A DNA stretch of 63,563 bases, filler included, from Thraustochytrium aureum (Eukaryota), in assembly GCA_012862495.1 (NCBI GenBank). It is 6 parts of 2 records of this genome, joined end to end, with 100 filler letters (N's around TTAATTAATTAA, not from the genome) between each part and the next. Parts side by side here need not be neighbours in the genome. Positions count along the whole stretch, not along the records: positions 1 to 20,005 come from BLSG01000427.1; 5 more parts are not named here. One strand, written 5' to 3'. Position 1 is the stretch's first letter. Each line of letters begins with the position of its first letter. The position numbers and the translations under genes are program-made. Shown here piece by piece: positions 1-12,224 of this stretch. A model generated the notes under the pieces. That model was not told where the DNA came from, did no database searches, and saw nothing but the letters and a program-made list of their open reading frames with translations.

Positions 1-313
1 AATACAGAGGGAAAGTGAGAAAAAATAGGGGAAAAGGAGGAAAAAAGGCCGACGAGCGAGTGCGATAGACCAGCAACAGGCAGGCGCGCAGAGCATCGCA
101 GACCGGCCGCGTGCGCGAGCGAAAGCGTCAGGACCTGCGCAGCCCTCTTCGGCAGAGCCCCCCAAAGCGCAGCGGCCAGAAGGTATTATCGGCGCCTCGT
201 GCCGCGGCCAAGCTCACGCAGGACTGGCTGACTGGCGGGCGGGCGGGCGGGCGGGCGGGCGGCGGGCGAAGTGCGCCAAGGGGCGTTGGGGTGGCTTGCG
301 CGCCCTCGGCGCC

Positions 314-1283
314 ATGGCGACGTTTGGGAGGTTTCTCGACTCGTGGATCATCGACCGGGCGATGTTTGAGATCGTCAATAGCGTGAGTTGGTGGAGTGCG
401 CGCCTGCGAGGCTTGGGGCTGCGCTGACTTGGCCGCGCGAGGTGATGCGCAGGGCGGGTGCAACTGCTGCGGCTTTACGCACGGCGGCATGGACATGATG
501 GACTTCATGGCGCTGTGCTCCGACGTTGAGACGGACGACGGCAAGGCGGAAAGAAAGTCGCCCTGGCCGCAGTTCATGCAGGACGAAGTCTGGGCCGATC
601 GCGTCAAGCTGCGCAGAATGCTCAAGGACACGATTGGCAAGTATCGCGAGCTCTACGAGCAGCACGGCGAGGCCTTCGTCAAGTGGTGGATGGAGCTCGA
701 CCCGGCCGAGAGGCGGCGCTGCTTCCAGATGCCCAAAGAAGAGCTGCGCGTCATGTTCAGCACCACCTACGACTTCAAGGCCACGTACTCGGTCGTGCTC
801 TGCAGCGTGCTCGAGCAGGTCGAAAACTTTTCGGCCACCGGCTACAAGGCGGACGGCGCCACCGACTGCGAGATCTTCCTGGAGGAGCACATCCAAACCT
901 CCCGCGGCGCCTGGACGGTCAGCGAAGACTACTACACGACCGATGAAGGGTGCGACATGTTCTTCGGGATGCTCATGCAACTCGGTGGCGACCACCTCAT
1001 GCCCAAGAGGCCCAACGAGCTTCGCCGAGAGGGCGCGCGGGCGAAGCAGGCGGCCGAGAGCAATGGCGACCCAGGAGACGACGAGGCCCAGCGAGGCAGC
1101 GCTGACGAGGACGAGGACGAGAACAAGGACCAAGGCGGTCGCACGGAGGCGAGCTCTGGGACGCAGAGCTTCCGCGCCGACCGCCGGCTCGTGCGGCTCT
1201 TGGTCTTTCGCTACTTTGCCGACATGGCTTGGGCGCGCTTCAAGCGCGCCAACAACGTGACCGGTGAAGTGGTCTCAGAGTAA
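314..1283 (+). CDS. Hypothetical protein, two exons (314-382, 453-1283), with a GGCNCCGFTH Cys/His motif
   Basis: ATG at 314 gives MATFGRFLDSWIIDRAMFEIVNS. A GTGAGT donor follows at 383, a CTGAC branch-like site at ~424 and a CAG acceptor ending at 452. The phase-0 join is in frame with ORF 396..1283, which has strongly GC3-biased codons. Confidence 0.7.
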
Positions 1284-2062
1284 TCAGAATCCGCTGTCAA
1301 CCAAAGCCGCAGCAGTCCGCGCTCAGGGCGGTGCGGCCCCCTTTTCCACAGCGCGGCGCTGCAGCACGCGGCCTTGGCCGACCAAGCCGCTGTAAAACTA
1401 GGCCAGGCCCATCATAATTCATACATACCCGGTATACTTTACTCGTTTGATGCGTGTCGTCGCTGTCATCGCGAGAACGCGCACCATCCGTCATCAAACC
1501 GGCGACAGGCCAAGCCCAGCCCAAGCAGGCCCAGCCCAAGCAGGCCGCCGCTAAGCCAGCCGCGTCGCCCTGGAGACGAGCAGAGCTGGCGAACAGCGAA
1601 GCGCCGCGCGATGCCGCGCCACCCAAATGCACGGTGTGTCCGCGAGCAGCTCGAGCACGTCGAGCCGGCCGAGCCAAGCACTCCAGCGGCATCGCATCCG
1701 CCACCCCGCCGGAGCGCGTGCAAGGCAGCCACAGTCGGGGCAGGCAGGCAGGCAGGCCGGCCGGCCGGGCAGCCAGCCACGCAGCGTCGCCCGCCTCGAG
1801 CGGACGAGCAGACGGACGCGCGAGCGACAGACGGTCGACGGACGCGCGGTTGATCTGCCCCGCTATCCACTGCGCGGCGCGGCCTTGTAGCAGCGCGCCG
1901 GGAATACAACGGGTCGCGAGCCGCCTGAGGTGTTCGTTTGTTGCGGGAGGAGGAGCGGCAGGCAGGTCCTGATCGGTCGAGGAGCGGCAGCGCGCAGACA
2001 GAGAGCGAAGAGAGCGGAGAGCGAGGAGAGCGTGGCAGGTCTCTAGAGTACGTGGAAACAAG

Positions 2063-5000
2063 ATGCTGTCGAGCCGTGGCAGCGCGCTGAGGCGCGCCGC
2101 TCGCTCGGCCGCTGGCAATGCGCGCAAGCAGCGCACGCGCGGCGTCGCCAGCCTGAGCGGCGCCGCTGGACGCCGCGCTGGATTCGCGGCGCTCAACGGG
2201 CGCAAGAGCGCGCTCCCGGCGTTTGCGAGCAAGAGCGAGATGATGCAGCTCTACTCGGTCAAGGGCATGCGCAACATGTCCGTCTTCCTGGACGAGTACA
2301 ACGCCCACGTGCAGGAGCGCGCCAAGGAGGGCATCGTCCCCAAGCCGCTCAACGCACAGCAGGTCTCTGACCTGGTCGAGCAGCTCAAGAACCCGGCCCC
2401 CGGCGAGGAGGCCAAGCTGGTCGACCTGCTCGAGAACCGCATCCCGCCCGGCGTGGACGAGGCCGCCTACGTCAAGGCCGGCTTCCTGACCGCCGTGGCG
2501 AAGGGCGAGCTCTCCAGCCCACTCGTGTCGCCCGAGCACGCCACCAAGCTGCTCGGCACCATGCAGGGTGGCTACAACCTGCAGACCCTGATCGACCTCC
2601 TCGACAACGACAAGCTCGCCCCCATCGCGGCGGAGGGCCTCAAGCACACCTTGCTCATGTTCGACCAGTTCCACGACGTCGAGGCCAAGGCTCAGGCTGG
2701 AAACGCCCACGCCAAGGCGGTCATGGAGTCCTGGGCCAACGCCGAGTGGTTCCTGAGCAAGCCCGAAGTGCCCAAGAAGATCACCGTAACCGTGTTCAAG
2801 GTCACTGGTGAGACCAACACGGACGACCTCTCCCCGCCCCGGACGCCTGGAGCCGCCCCGACATCCCCCTGCACGCCCTGGCGATGCTGAAAAACCCGCG
2901 CGAGGGCATCACGGACGCGCCCGCCCAGATCGAGGAGCTCAAGAAGAAGGGCCACATGGTCGCCTACGTCGGCGACGTGGTGGGCACCGGCTCGTCGCGC
3001 AAGTCGGCCACCAACTCGGTGCTCTGGTTCATGGGCGACGACATCCCCTATGTCCCCAACAAGCGCACTGGCGGCGTCTGCATCGGTGAGAAGATCGCGC
3101 CCATCTTTTACAACACCATGGAGGACTCTGGCGCGCTCCCGCTCGAGATGCCCGTCCAGAAGCTCAACATGGGCGACGTCGTCGACATCTACCCGTACGA
3201 GGGTGTCTGCAAGAACAACGCCACCGGCGAGGTCCTCTGCAACTTCAAGGTCAAGACCGAGGTGCTCTTCGACGAGGTGCGCGCCGGCGGCCGCATTCCG
3301 CTCATCATCGGCCGCGGGCTCACCCGCAAGGCCCGCGAGAGCCTCGGCATGCCCCCCACGACCTCTTCCGCCTCCCGGGCGACGTCTCCGTCAAGCCCGA
3401 CCAGGGCTACACCCTGGCGCAAAAGATGGTGGGCCGCGCCTGCGGCCTCCCCGGCGTGCTCCCCAACCAGTACTGCGAGCCCAAGATGACCACGGTGGGC
3501 AGCCAGGACACGACTGGCCCCATGACCCGTGACGAGCTCAAGGACCTGGCCTGCCTCGGCTTCCAGGCCGACCTCGTCATGCAGTCCTTCTGCCACACCG
3601 CGGCCTACCCCNNNNNNNNNNNNNNNNNNNNNNNNNNNNNNNNNNNNNNNNNNNNNNNNNNNNNNNNNNNNNNNNNNNNNNNNNNNNNNNNNNNNNNNNN
3701 NNNNNNNNNNNNNNNNNNNNNNNNNNNNNNNNNNNNNNNNNNNNNNNNNNNNNNNNNNNNNNNNNNNNNNNNNNNNNNNNNNNNNNNNNNNNNNNNNNNN
3801 NNNNNNNNNNNNNNNNNNNNNNNNNNNNNNNNNNNNNNNNNNNNNNNNNNNNNNNNNNNNNNNNNNNNNNNNNNNNNNNNNNNNNNNNNNNNNNNNNNNN
3901 NNNNNNNNNNNNNNNNNNNNNNNNNNNNNNNNNNNNNNNNNNNNNNNNNNNNNNCTGCCACACCGCGGCCTACCCCAAGCCGGTCGACATTGTGACGCAC
4001 AAGACGCTGCCCGACTTTATCCGCAACCGCGGCGGCGTCTCCCTTCGCCCGGCCGACGGCATCATCCACTCGTTCCTCAACCGCATGCTGCTCCCGGACA
4101 CGGTTGGCACTGGCGGTGACTCGCACACGCGCTTCCCCATCGGCATCTCTTTCCCGGCCGGCTCGGGCCTCGTTGCCTTTGCTGCTGCCACCGGCACCAT
4201 GCCGCTCGACATGCCCGAGTCGGTGCGCGTGCGCTTCTCCGGCAAGATGCAGCCCGGCATCACGCTCCGCGACCTGGTGCACGCCATTCCGTACTATGCC
4301 ATCCAGGCCGGCCTCCTCACCGTGGAGAAGCAGGGCAAGAAGAACGTGTTCTCTGGCCGCGTGCTCGAGATCGAGGGCCTCAACCACCTCAAGTGCGAGC
4401 AGGCCTTCGAGCTTTCGGATGCCAGCGCCGAGCGCTCGGCTGCTGGCTGCACGATCAAGCTCGACAAGGAGCCCGTCATCGAGTACCTCAAGTCCAACAT
4501 CACCATGCTCCAGTGGATGATCAGCGACGGCTATGGTGACGTGCGCACCATCGAGCGCCGCATCAAGGCCATGGAGGACTGGCTCAAAAACCCGCAGCTT
4601 CTCGAGGCCGACTCGAACGCCGAGTACGTCGAGACCATCGACATCAACCTCGACGAGATCAAGGAGCCCCATCCTCTGCGCCCCCAACGACCCGGACGAT
4701 GCCCGCCTGCTGTCCCAGGTTGCCGGGGAGAAGATCGACGAGGTCTTCATTGGCTCGTGCATGACCAACGTGGGCCACTTTCGCGCCGCGGGCAAGCTCC
4801 TCAACAAGTTTGAGGGCGAAGTCCCGACCCGCCTCTGGATCGCTCCGCCGACGCGCATGGACGAGAGCAAGCTCTCCGACGAGGGCTACTACTCAATCTT
4901 TGGCAAGGCTGGCGCGCGCACCGAGATGCCCGGCTGCTCGCTCTGCATGGGCAACCAGGCCCGCGTCGCAGACGGGTGCACGGTCGTTTCCACGTCGACC

Positions 5001-5225
5001 CGCAACTTTCCCAACCGCCTCGGCAAGGGCGCCAACGTGTACCTCGCCAGTGCCGAGCTTGCCTCGATCGCTAGCATCATGGGCAAGCTGCCGACCCCGG
5101 ACGAGTACCTCGCCAAGGCGAGCGAGCTTGCCAAGGACAGCTCGGACATCTACCGCTACCTCAACTTTAACGAGGAGGACGAGTACGTCAAGGCCGCCAG
5201 TGGCCAGGGCCAGGCCGTCCACTAA
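2063..5225 (+). CDS. acnB: Aconitate hydratase B (AcnB-type, bifunctional aconitase/2-methylisocitrate dehydratase family) with an Arg/Ser/Ala-rich N-terminal presequence; split by apparent indel errors (~2838, ~3355, ~4668) and a false gap
   Basis: AcnB motifs across ORFs 2063..2890, 2884..3489, 3426.., 3992.. and 4533..5225: [129 protein letters not shown]. Confidence 0.96.
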
Positions 5226-8200
5226 GCTGTCTGCNNNNNNNNNNNNNNNNNNNNNNNNNNNNNNNNNNNNNNNNNNNNNNNNNNNNNNNNNNNNNNNNNN
5301 NNNNNNNNNNNNNNNNNNNNNNNNNNNNNNNNNNNNNNNNNNNNNNNNNNNNNNNNNNNNNNNNNNNNNNNNNNNNNNNNNNNNNNNNNNNNNNNNNNNN
5401 NNNNNNNNNNNNNNNNNNNNNNNNNNNNNNNNNNNNNNNNNNNNNNNNNNNNNNNNNNNNNNNNNNNNNNNNNNNNNNNNNNNNNNNNNNNNNNNNNNNN
5501 NNNNNNNNNNNNNNNNNNNNNNNNNNNNNNNNNNNNNNNNNNNNNNNNNNNNNNNNNNNNNNNNNNNNNNNNNNNNNNNNNNNNNNNNNNNNNNNNNNNN
5601 NNNNNNNNNNNNNNNNNNNNNNNNNNNNNNNNNNNNNNNNNNNNNNNNNNNNNNNNNNNNNNNNNNNNNNNNNNNNNNNNNNNNNNNNNNNNNNNNNNNN
5701 NNNNNNNNNNNNNNNNNNNNNNNNNNNNNNNNNNNNNNNNNNNNNNNNNNNNNNNNNNNNNNNNNNNNNNNNNNNNNNNNNNNNNNNNNNNNNNNNNNNN
5801 NNNNNNNNNNNNNNNNNNNNNNNNNNNNNNNNNNNNNNNNNNNNNNNNNNNNNNNNNNNNNNNNNNNNNNNNNNNNNNNNNNNNNNNNNNNNNNNNNNNN
5901 NNNNNNNNNNNNNNNNNNNNNNNNNNNNNNNNNNNNNNNNNNNNNNNNNNNNNNNNNNNNNNNNNNNNNNNNNNNNNNNNNNNNNNNNNNNNNNNNNNNN
6001 NNNNNNNNNNNNNNNNNNNNNNNNNNNNNNNNNNNNNNNNNNNNNNNNNNNNNNNNNNNNNNNNNNNNNNNNNNNNNNNNNNNNNNNNNNNNNNNNNNNN
6101 NNNNNNNNNNNNNNNNNNNNNNNNNNNNNNNNNNNNNNNNNNNNNNNNNNNNNNNNNNNNNNNNNNNNNNNNNNNNNNNNNNNNNNNNNNNNNNNNNCGC
6201 CATGAAAGGACATTTTGGGCGGGCCGGGCCTCGCTGGCGCACGTCGTGGACGCGTCGCGCGGGCTGCGAGCCGCCGCCGCCTCGGGCATACCTAGCGGCG
6301 ACGGTGCGCCGGAGAATGTGGCCGGGTGACGGGAATGCGCCCGGCACAAGTCGAGCTCGCTGTTGTGTGCGGGCGCGATGGCGCAAGTGGGGGTGCCGTG
6401 CTTGGACAAGGAAGGCAGCAGCGGGAAATGCAAGCTCGGCCTTTCGGTGACGCAAACATCGAGGCCAGCGGAAGCGCCCGGCTGAGCGCCGCCGTCGAGA
6501 TCGGGAGCGCTACTGGCGATCTCGTCGGTACAGCGAGCTCAAAAAATACGAATCACTCTTGAGCAGCGAACGAAGCGCTCGACGCCAAGACGCGTACGAG
6601 GTTTCGGGGAGCTCGGTCGATAGATTTCTGGCTTTTCTACGCTTTGCGTCGAGCAGCTTGGCCCAAACGCCCCGCCTTCAAGTGGTGATTGGCCAGGGTC
6701 CGTTCGTCAACGATTTGCTGACAGTGACGCAAGAACGTCAAACTCCTCGCTTGGGGCGCGTCACCTCGTCTCAAGAGCGCAGGCATGGGCAAGCTCGTTC
6801 GCCGCCAGAACGGCATAAACTGGCAAGCACAGTGTCAACATGTGATGAGGTCAGCAAGTGAAGATGCGCTCGGGCTGTCGCTTCTATGCAGTCACAGCCC
6901 AGCGCGCTGCTGAAGGCGACAGAACAAGGGCTTTGATTCTCGCCAGACAGCGACGGCTCAAACATGCCCACCTCCGCCCTTGCGCCGCGGATGCCCTTGC
7001 GCGGCTGTGCTTTACCATGAAAAAATATGTTTATGAACATTTCGAGCCGTTGAAACCGTTGGGCGGCTCTGATCGACGACATTTGAGCCTGTGACGTTGC
7101 GGCTGCGATGCTGCAGGGAGAGAGACAAAAGAGTACCAAAATAAAACCAACTCTTCATGTCTTGGGGTCTTTCGTAGAGTAGTTTGGTATACGTCAAGCA
7201 CAGAATGCAGAGACAATACCGTTGTTTGACGGTGTGGGTCTGCTCGGCTCGCTGTCCGAAACCGTCCCTTACGCCGCCCCGACCGCAACTCGGTTGCGAC
7301 ACGATTGAGATACGTGCGAGCGCGAATGCGCTAATTTCGGTAGGGCGCTAGGCCGCCAGCTCCTAGTCCGCCCAAGAATCAGGGCCTGGAGTTCAACGTG
7401 GAGGTAGGAGTCATGCTCGAGCTCGCCTTTGATCAAGGCGTCCAACAGACACACTTGCATACATACCCACCGACAGGCGGTCGGATCGCTGGGCTTATTG
7501 TTCGACGGAGTCGCATCGGAGTCGCAAAATTGCTCCCGTGAGGGCAACCTGCTCGGATGAAGTGTGACTCGCACGCAACGGAAAACAGGGGCGGCGAACC
7601 AGCGATTTATGAGTTCATGAATTCGGAATCTGCATTGTGTTGCTCTGCATTGATCGGTTTGCGCTCTGCCGCCCGCTCGCTCTCTGCGCATTTTCTCAAA
7701 AGAAAAAGGATGAGTCAGTCACAGTCTTTCCAAGAGATGACCGCAGGTACTGGCGTACCAGCAGAGTTCTGGCACTGACAGTGAGCCGCTTCGAGAGTCA
7801 GAGACAAACGGACACCGAGGGATTTTGGCGTCGATGGAGAGGCTTGGGCAACAGTAGAAAGTAGAAACGGCTGGAACAAGCGACATCGGAACGAATTTGG
7901 CGAGTCAAGTGCCGGCATGAGCCGATTGCCGCTTCGTGAGGTCGTGCACGGATGAGTCGGCCTTGCGACACAAAGGACAGGTTCTCTTGCAGGTGCAGGC
8001 GGCCTAGAGGCTGCATGCAGCAACGCCGCCAAATCAACCATCCCGTTGCGCCTCGGCTTCGGTGCGCTCAGGCTGTCCCGCCTGCTTGGAGCGAACTGGT
8101 AGGGCCTGCTGGAGGTCTCATCCATCCCTCGCATCTCCGGCCTTTCTATGGAAGTAACACATTTTACGTGGCCTTGATTGAACGCTCAACAAGCCCTTCC

Positions 8201-9613
8201 CCATCTACAGATCATAAATAAAACCAACGGGCAAGCCATTCGCTGATGGCCGGATATATTCTCTCAAGCAGGTTTCGTGTGGAGCTTGGGGCACATCTCA
8301 TTGAGCTCCTCGCCGGCCCGACTCGCTGCTCATCATCGCTGGCAGACCCTCTTCGGGGTTGAGCCGCTAGCACGCGCCGACCAGAGCCGCAACAGGACAA
8401 GCAAGCGCTGGAGCGCGAAAGCGAAAAACCGTAAGTACACCGACCACTGGAAGGTCGCGTCCAAGCGCCCCATCGCGACCTGGAGGAACGGCGGTTGGTC
8501 CTCCGCGCAGAACTGCCCCGGGGGATCGGACGCAAAAACAAACTGCTGAGAGCCGTTTGCAGGCTGCGGAGAATGGGGGAGGACTCGGGTGAGGTATTTT
8601 GTGCCCATTTCGGAAAGGAAAGACGCTGGGAAATGGGCTTGGAAACGTCTGCAAGTTGGCGTCCGGGACGCTCCGTGGCCACGCGAGCGATGGCGAGGGC
8701 GTCGGTCGAAAGTGCAGGAGGTTCGAAAGCCCCAGCTGAGCCCCGCCTGCGTCACCCGTTCACTTCGGAGCGGCCAACTTTGGTCGCGCGACGCGCCCTC
8801 GGCCCGACTCGAGAGGCAAGTTGCAGTCAATCGCGCCTCGCAGTCGCGGCCTTCCTCGCCGCCGCTGCTGCTGCTGCTGCCCACTCGGCTCAATGCGATC
8901 GATCGATCATGCAGTGTGAAACATCTTTGGCCTCCCAAAGGCAGCACGTCCCGGNNNNNNNNNNNNNNNNNNNNNNNNNNNNNNNNNNNNNNNNNNNNNN
9001 NNNNNNNNNNNNNNNNNNNNNNNNNNNNNNNNNNNNNNNNNNNNNNNNNNNNNNNNNNNNNNNNNNNNNNNNNNNNNNNNNNNNNNNNNNNNNNNNNNNN
9101 NNNNNNNNNNNNNNNNNNNNNNNNNNNNNNNNNNNNNNNNNNNNNNNNNNNNNNNNNNNNNNNNNNNNNNNNNNNNNNNNNNNNNNNNNNNNNNNNNNNN
9201 NNNNNNNNNNNNNNNNNNNNNNNNNNNNNNNNNNNNNNNNNNNNNNNNNNNNNNNNNNNNNNNNNNNNNNNNNNNNNNNNNNNNNNNNNNNNNNNNNNNN
9301 NNNNNNNNNNNNNNNNNNNNNNNNNNNNNNNNNNNNNNNNNNNNNNNCTCTACATTCTCAACCGAGCCGAGTCAGCCAGCCAGCCAGCCAGTCGCGCTTC
9401 TCGCGAATCTCTGCGCCCCTGGCCGAGCGGAGGCGCTCCCAGTCCGGATTCGACGACAAACGGTTGCCACCCCGAGTCTGCGAGCCGGCCTCGAGCCCAA
9501 CACCTCTCGAGCTCCGCGCGGGCCACGAGCCACCAAGGCGCGAGCTGCGGGCGCCAAGGGCTGCCACTTTCTGGGTTCGGGCACCACAGACAGCGCGCCA
9601 GAGTCCCTCAGAG

Positions 9614-11001
9614 ATGAGCCCGCCGATCGTTGCGCCAAAGCTGTTCGAGCAACAAGCGTTCATCCTCGACGCCCTGGCAAAGGCCTCATCCGTAGGCAGC
9701 ATGAATGTTGACGCCTCTGACCCGTCGGACGCCGCCAGCGTCCCCGAGTCTGGCCAGGACAAAGTCGGAGCCGACTGCGCTGACAGCGACTCTGCCTCCG
9801 AGGTCCCCGAAACAGAAGCTAGCGAGGCTGGTAAGCAGACGGTTCGCGCGGAGCTCGCGAACGGCATCGCGCAGTTCATTGAGCACACGAAAGCCGGCAG
9901 CTTTCAATGCACAATCTGCAAGCGCGACTTTGTCTGGCAAAACTCGCTCGTGCGCCACATCACCTGCGTGCACGCAGGGATTAAAAAATTCCAGTGCGCG
10001 CGCTGCGGCAAGGCCTTCAAGGGCCGCCACGGGCTCAAGTACCATATTGACGCCAACAGCTGCCTGAAGAGCAAGGGCGCTGTGCTGCCGACCTCGCGCG
10101 TGGTCGCTGGCGCCGCGCGGAAGCGGACTCCGGTCTTGTGCAAGACGGGTTCAGCCAAAGACGCCTCGGGCAACTATCCATGCAACATATGTGGCAAGTC
10201 GTTCGCCATGTACAAAATCATGACACGGCACATAAAGACAGTTCACGAGAGTGTGGGCGCGTTCAAGTGCGGGCTCTGCCCCAAAGCCTTCAAGTCAAAG
10301 CAAGGCTTGCAGTACCATGCAGAGCGCGCACATCCCTCAGCGGACCAGGCGAGCCTGGACTCCAACTCGGGCAACCTGCTGCGGACAGGCTCAACTGGAA
10401 GCCAAAACTCGCTGTCCTCCATGCTCAACCTGACAAGCCTGCACCCAAGTGGGGCTGTGCAGTTTTCCTCGACCCCATCAATGGTTTCTTTGCCACCAGG
10501 CTTGTCGCAGAGCGGGCCTCACGGTATTGCACAGCACCCAAACGTGATGCAACCCGGCGGCCAACTCTGACTGCTGCGCAATTCCTACAACTCAACGCGC
10601 AGCTGCTGCAGCAGCAGGAGCAAGAGCAGGTTCGTCATCAACAAATGAAGTTGCAACAGCAACAAGAGCTGCGGCAACAGCAACAAAAACAACAAGAATT
10701 GAGGGAGCAGCATCAGCAGCTCCAGCTCCAGCTGCTTGGTTCGGCTTTCAATCAGGGCCACCAGATCCACGAGCCGACCCAGGTGCCAAACCTCCTTCTT
10801 CCGTTTCTTACCGGACAGTCGACGCAAGGGGCTCTGCAGCAGCGATTCGCGCTGTCCCAACAATTCTTGCAAGGCGGCGCTGGGCCTTCTTTCGACGACC
10901 CTTCCGACAGAGCAGAACGCCTCGCTGCGTTTGCCTTGTCGACGAAGGCGCTGCCCAGCCACCTTGGCTACCTGTTTGACCCCTCGCGGGCTGGCCTCTG
11001 A
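9614..11001 (+). CDS. C2H2 zinc-finger protein (four fingers in two pairs), probably with a polyQ C-terminal region after a frameshift near 10555
   Basis: ATG 9614 (MSPPIVAPK). Fingers: CTICKRDF..LVRHITCVH, CARCGKAF..LKYHIDANSC, CNICGKSF..MTRHIKTVH, CGLCPKAF..LQYHAERAH. This frame stops at 10570, and a CAG/CAA-encoded Q-rich tract continues in frame 10138..11001. Confidence 0.8.
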
Positions 11002-11090
11002 CTCTGTTGGGGAGCGCACCGGCCCGGACCATACAATATAGAGTATATATATAAACTGTCGATCTCGTTGTTTTCCCTCTATCCAACGTG

Positions 11091-12224
11091 TCAGTCTGTG
11101 CTTGTCGAGATGCCCTTGAGCGCCTCCAGCGCCTTCAGGGCCTTTAGCGCCGCCTTGTTCTTGGCTAGGCGGAGGTCTGCGTCCCAGTTTTTCCGGTCCG
11201 CGGCGATCTCCAAGCCAAACTCTGGGAGCGAGACCTTGAAGACAAATCCGCGCTGATCGTTCACAAAAGTCTTGTCGTAGTGGAAGCGCGGCTTCTGCCA
11301 GCCGTTTTGCACGCAGATCATAAAAAGCTTGGCTACCGCGTTCCCCACGGCGGTAACCGTGCTGTTTTTCTCCAGGTCAGCATACAGCGCATTGGCTTCC
11401 TTGAGCCGCCGCAGGACGTCTGCGCGCTTGGCCTTGAATTGCTCCAGCTGCTTGGGCCCCGAAACGGCCGCCCCCTCCAGTACTTTGACCTTGTACTCCT
11501 TTCCGTCCGTGATGTACCACTGCGAGGCGAGGTCGTGCGGGTTGGCGCTGATCACCTGCAGCGCAAGGAGGGCGGAGGATCATGTTGGCCACACGCGCCG
11601 TGTCGGCGTTCCGCTCGGGCCTCGGGGCAGCTTGCGATGATTTGTCCGCTCGCCTTGACCTTGATCACCTCGACCCCGTTCAGCGCAAAAGCAGCGCTCC
11701 CATCTTGGCCGAGATCAAAGGTGATTTGCCGAGCCAAGGGGCTCAGCCGAGGCCCTTGCGGTTGTCGCGCGTCATGCCGCGAGTCGTGCCGCGAGTCGTG
11801 CCGCGCGTCTCGGGAGTCGTTTTGCCAGTACCTTCCTCCGCGCCCGCCGCCGTGGCTCGCTCCGCCTCTTCCGCGGCCCCCGTCCCGCCCAGACTCGCGA
11901 AACCCGTCACGCTGGTTGTCGCGCCGCGGGCCTCCCTCGCGCTGCTCGTTGTTGCGTTGGATATCGCTCCCGCCGTCGCGAAACTGGACCACCCAGCACC
12001 ACCGCTTGGCCTGCTGTTCTCTCGAGGCGGCCTGTCATCCTGCCTGCGCCGCTTGGCGGTGCGCTCACCGCTGTCGTCGCCGTTGGCCCCCGCGGCCCCG
12101 CCGCTCGCGCCCTGGTACTTGCCCCATCCAGCGCCACTGCTAGCACCTCGGCCGTCCCTCGCCGCTCTTCCGGGCCGCTCGCCCTTGTCGTCGCGGGCAC
12201 TTTCGCGGCCCCGACCGCCGTCCC
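11091..12224 (-). CDS. RG/RGG-rich protein with a C-terminal double-stranded RNA-binding motif (dsRBD); 5' partial at a gap; probable intron 11556-11635
   Basis: C-terminal NAVAKLFMICVQNGWQKPRFHY..FVFKVSL..AKNKAALKALKAL fits the dsRBD alpha-beta-beta-beta-alpha pattern with a KxxA-like helix. Upstream is low-complexity [17 protein letters not shown] sequence, with an apparent frameshift near 11970. Confidence 0.7.

Noticed and set aside
6198..8954. Many short ORFs in a lower-GC stretch
   Set aside because: No recognisable motifs or consistent codon bias. Treated as intergenic or degenerate, although a decayed element cannot be excluded.
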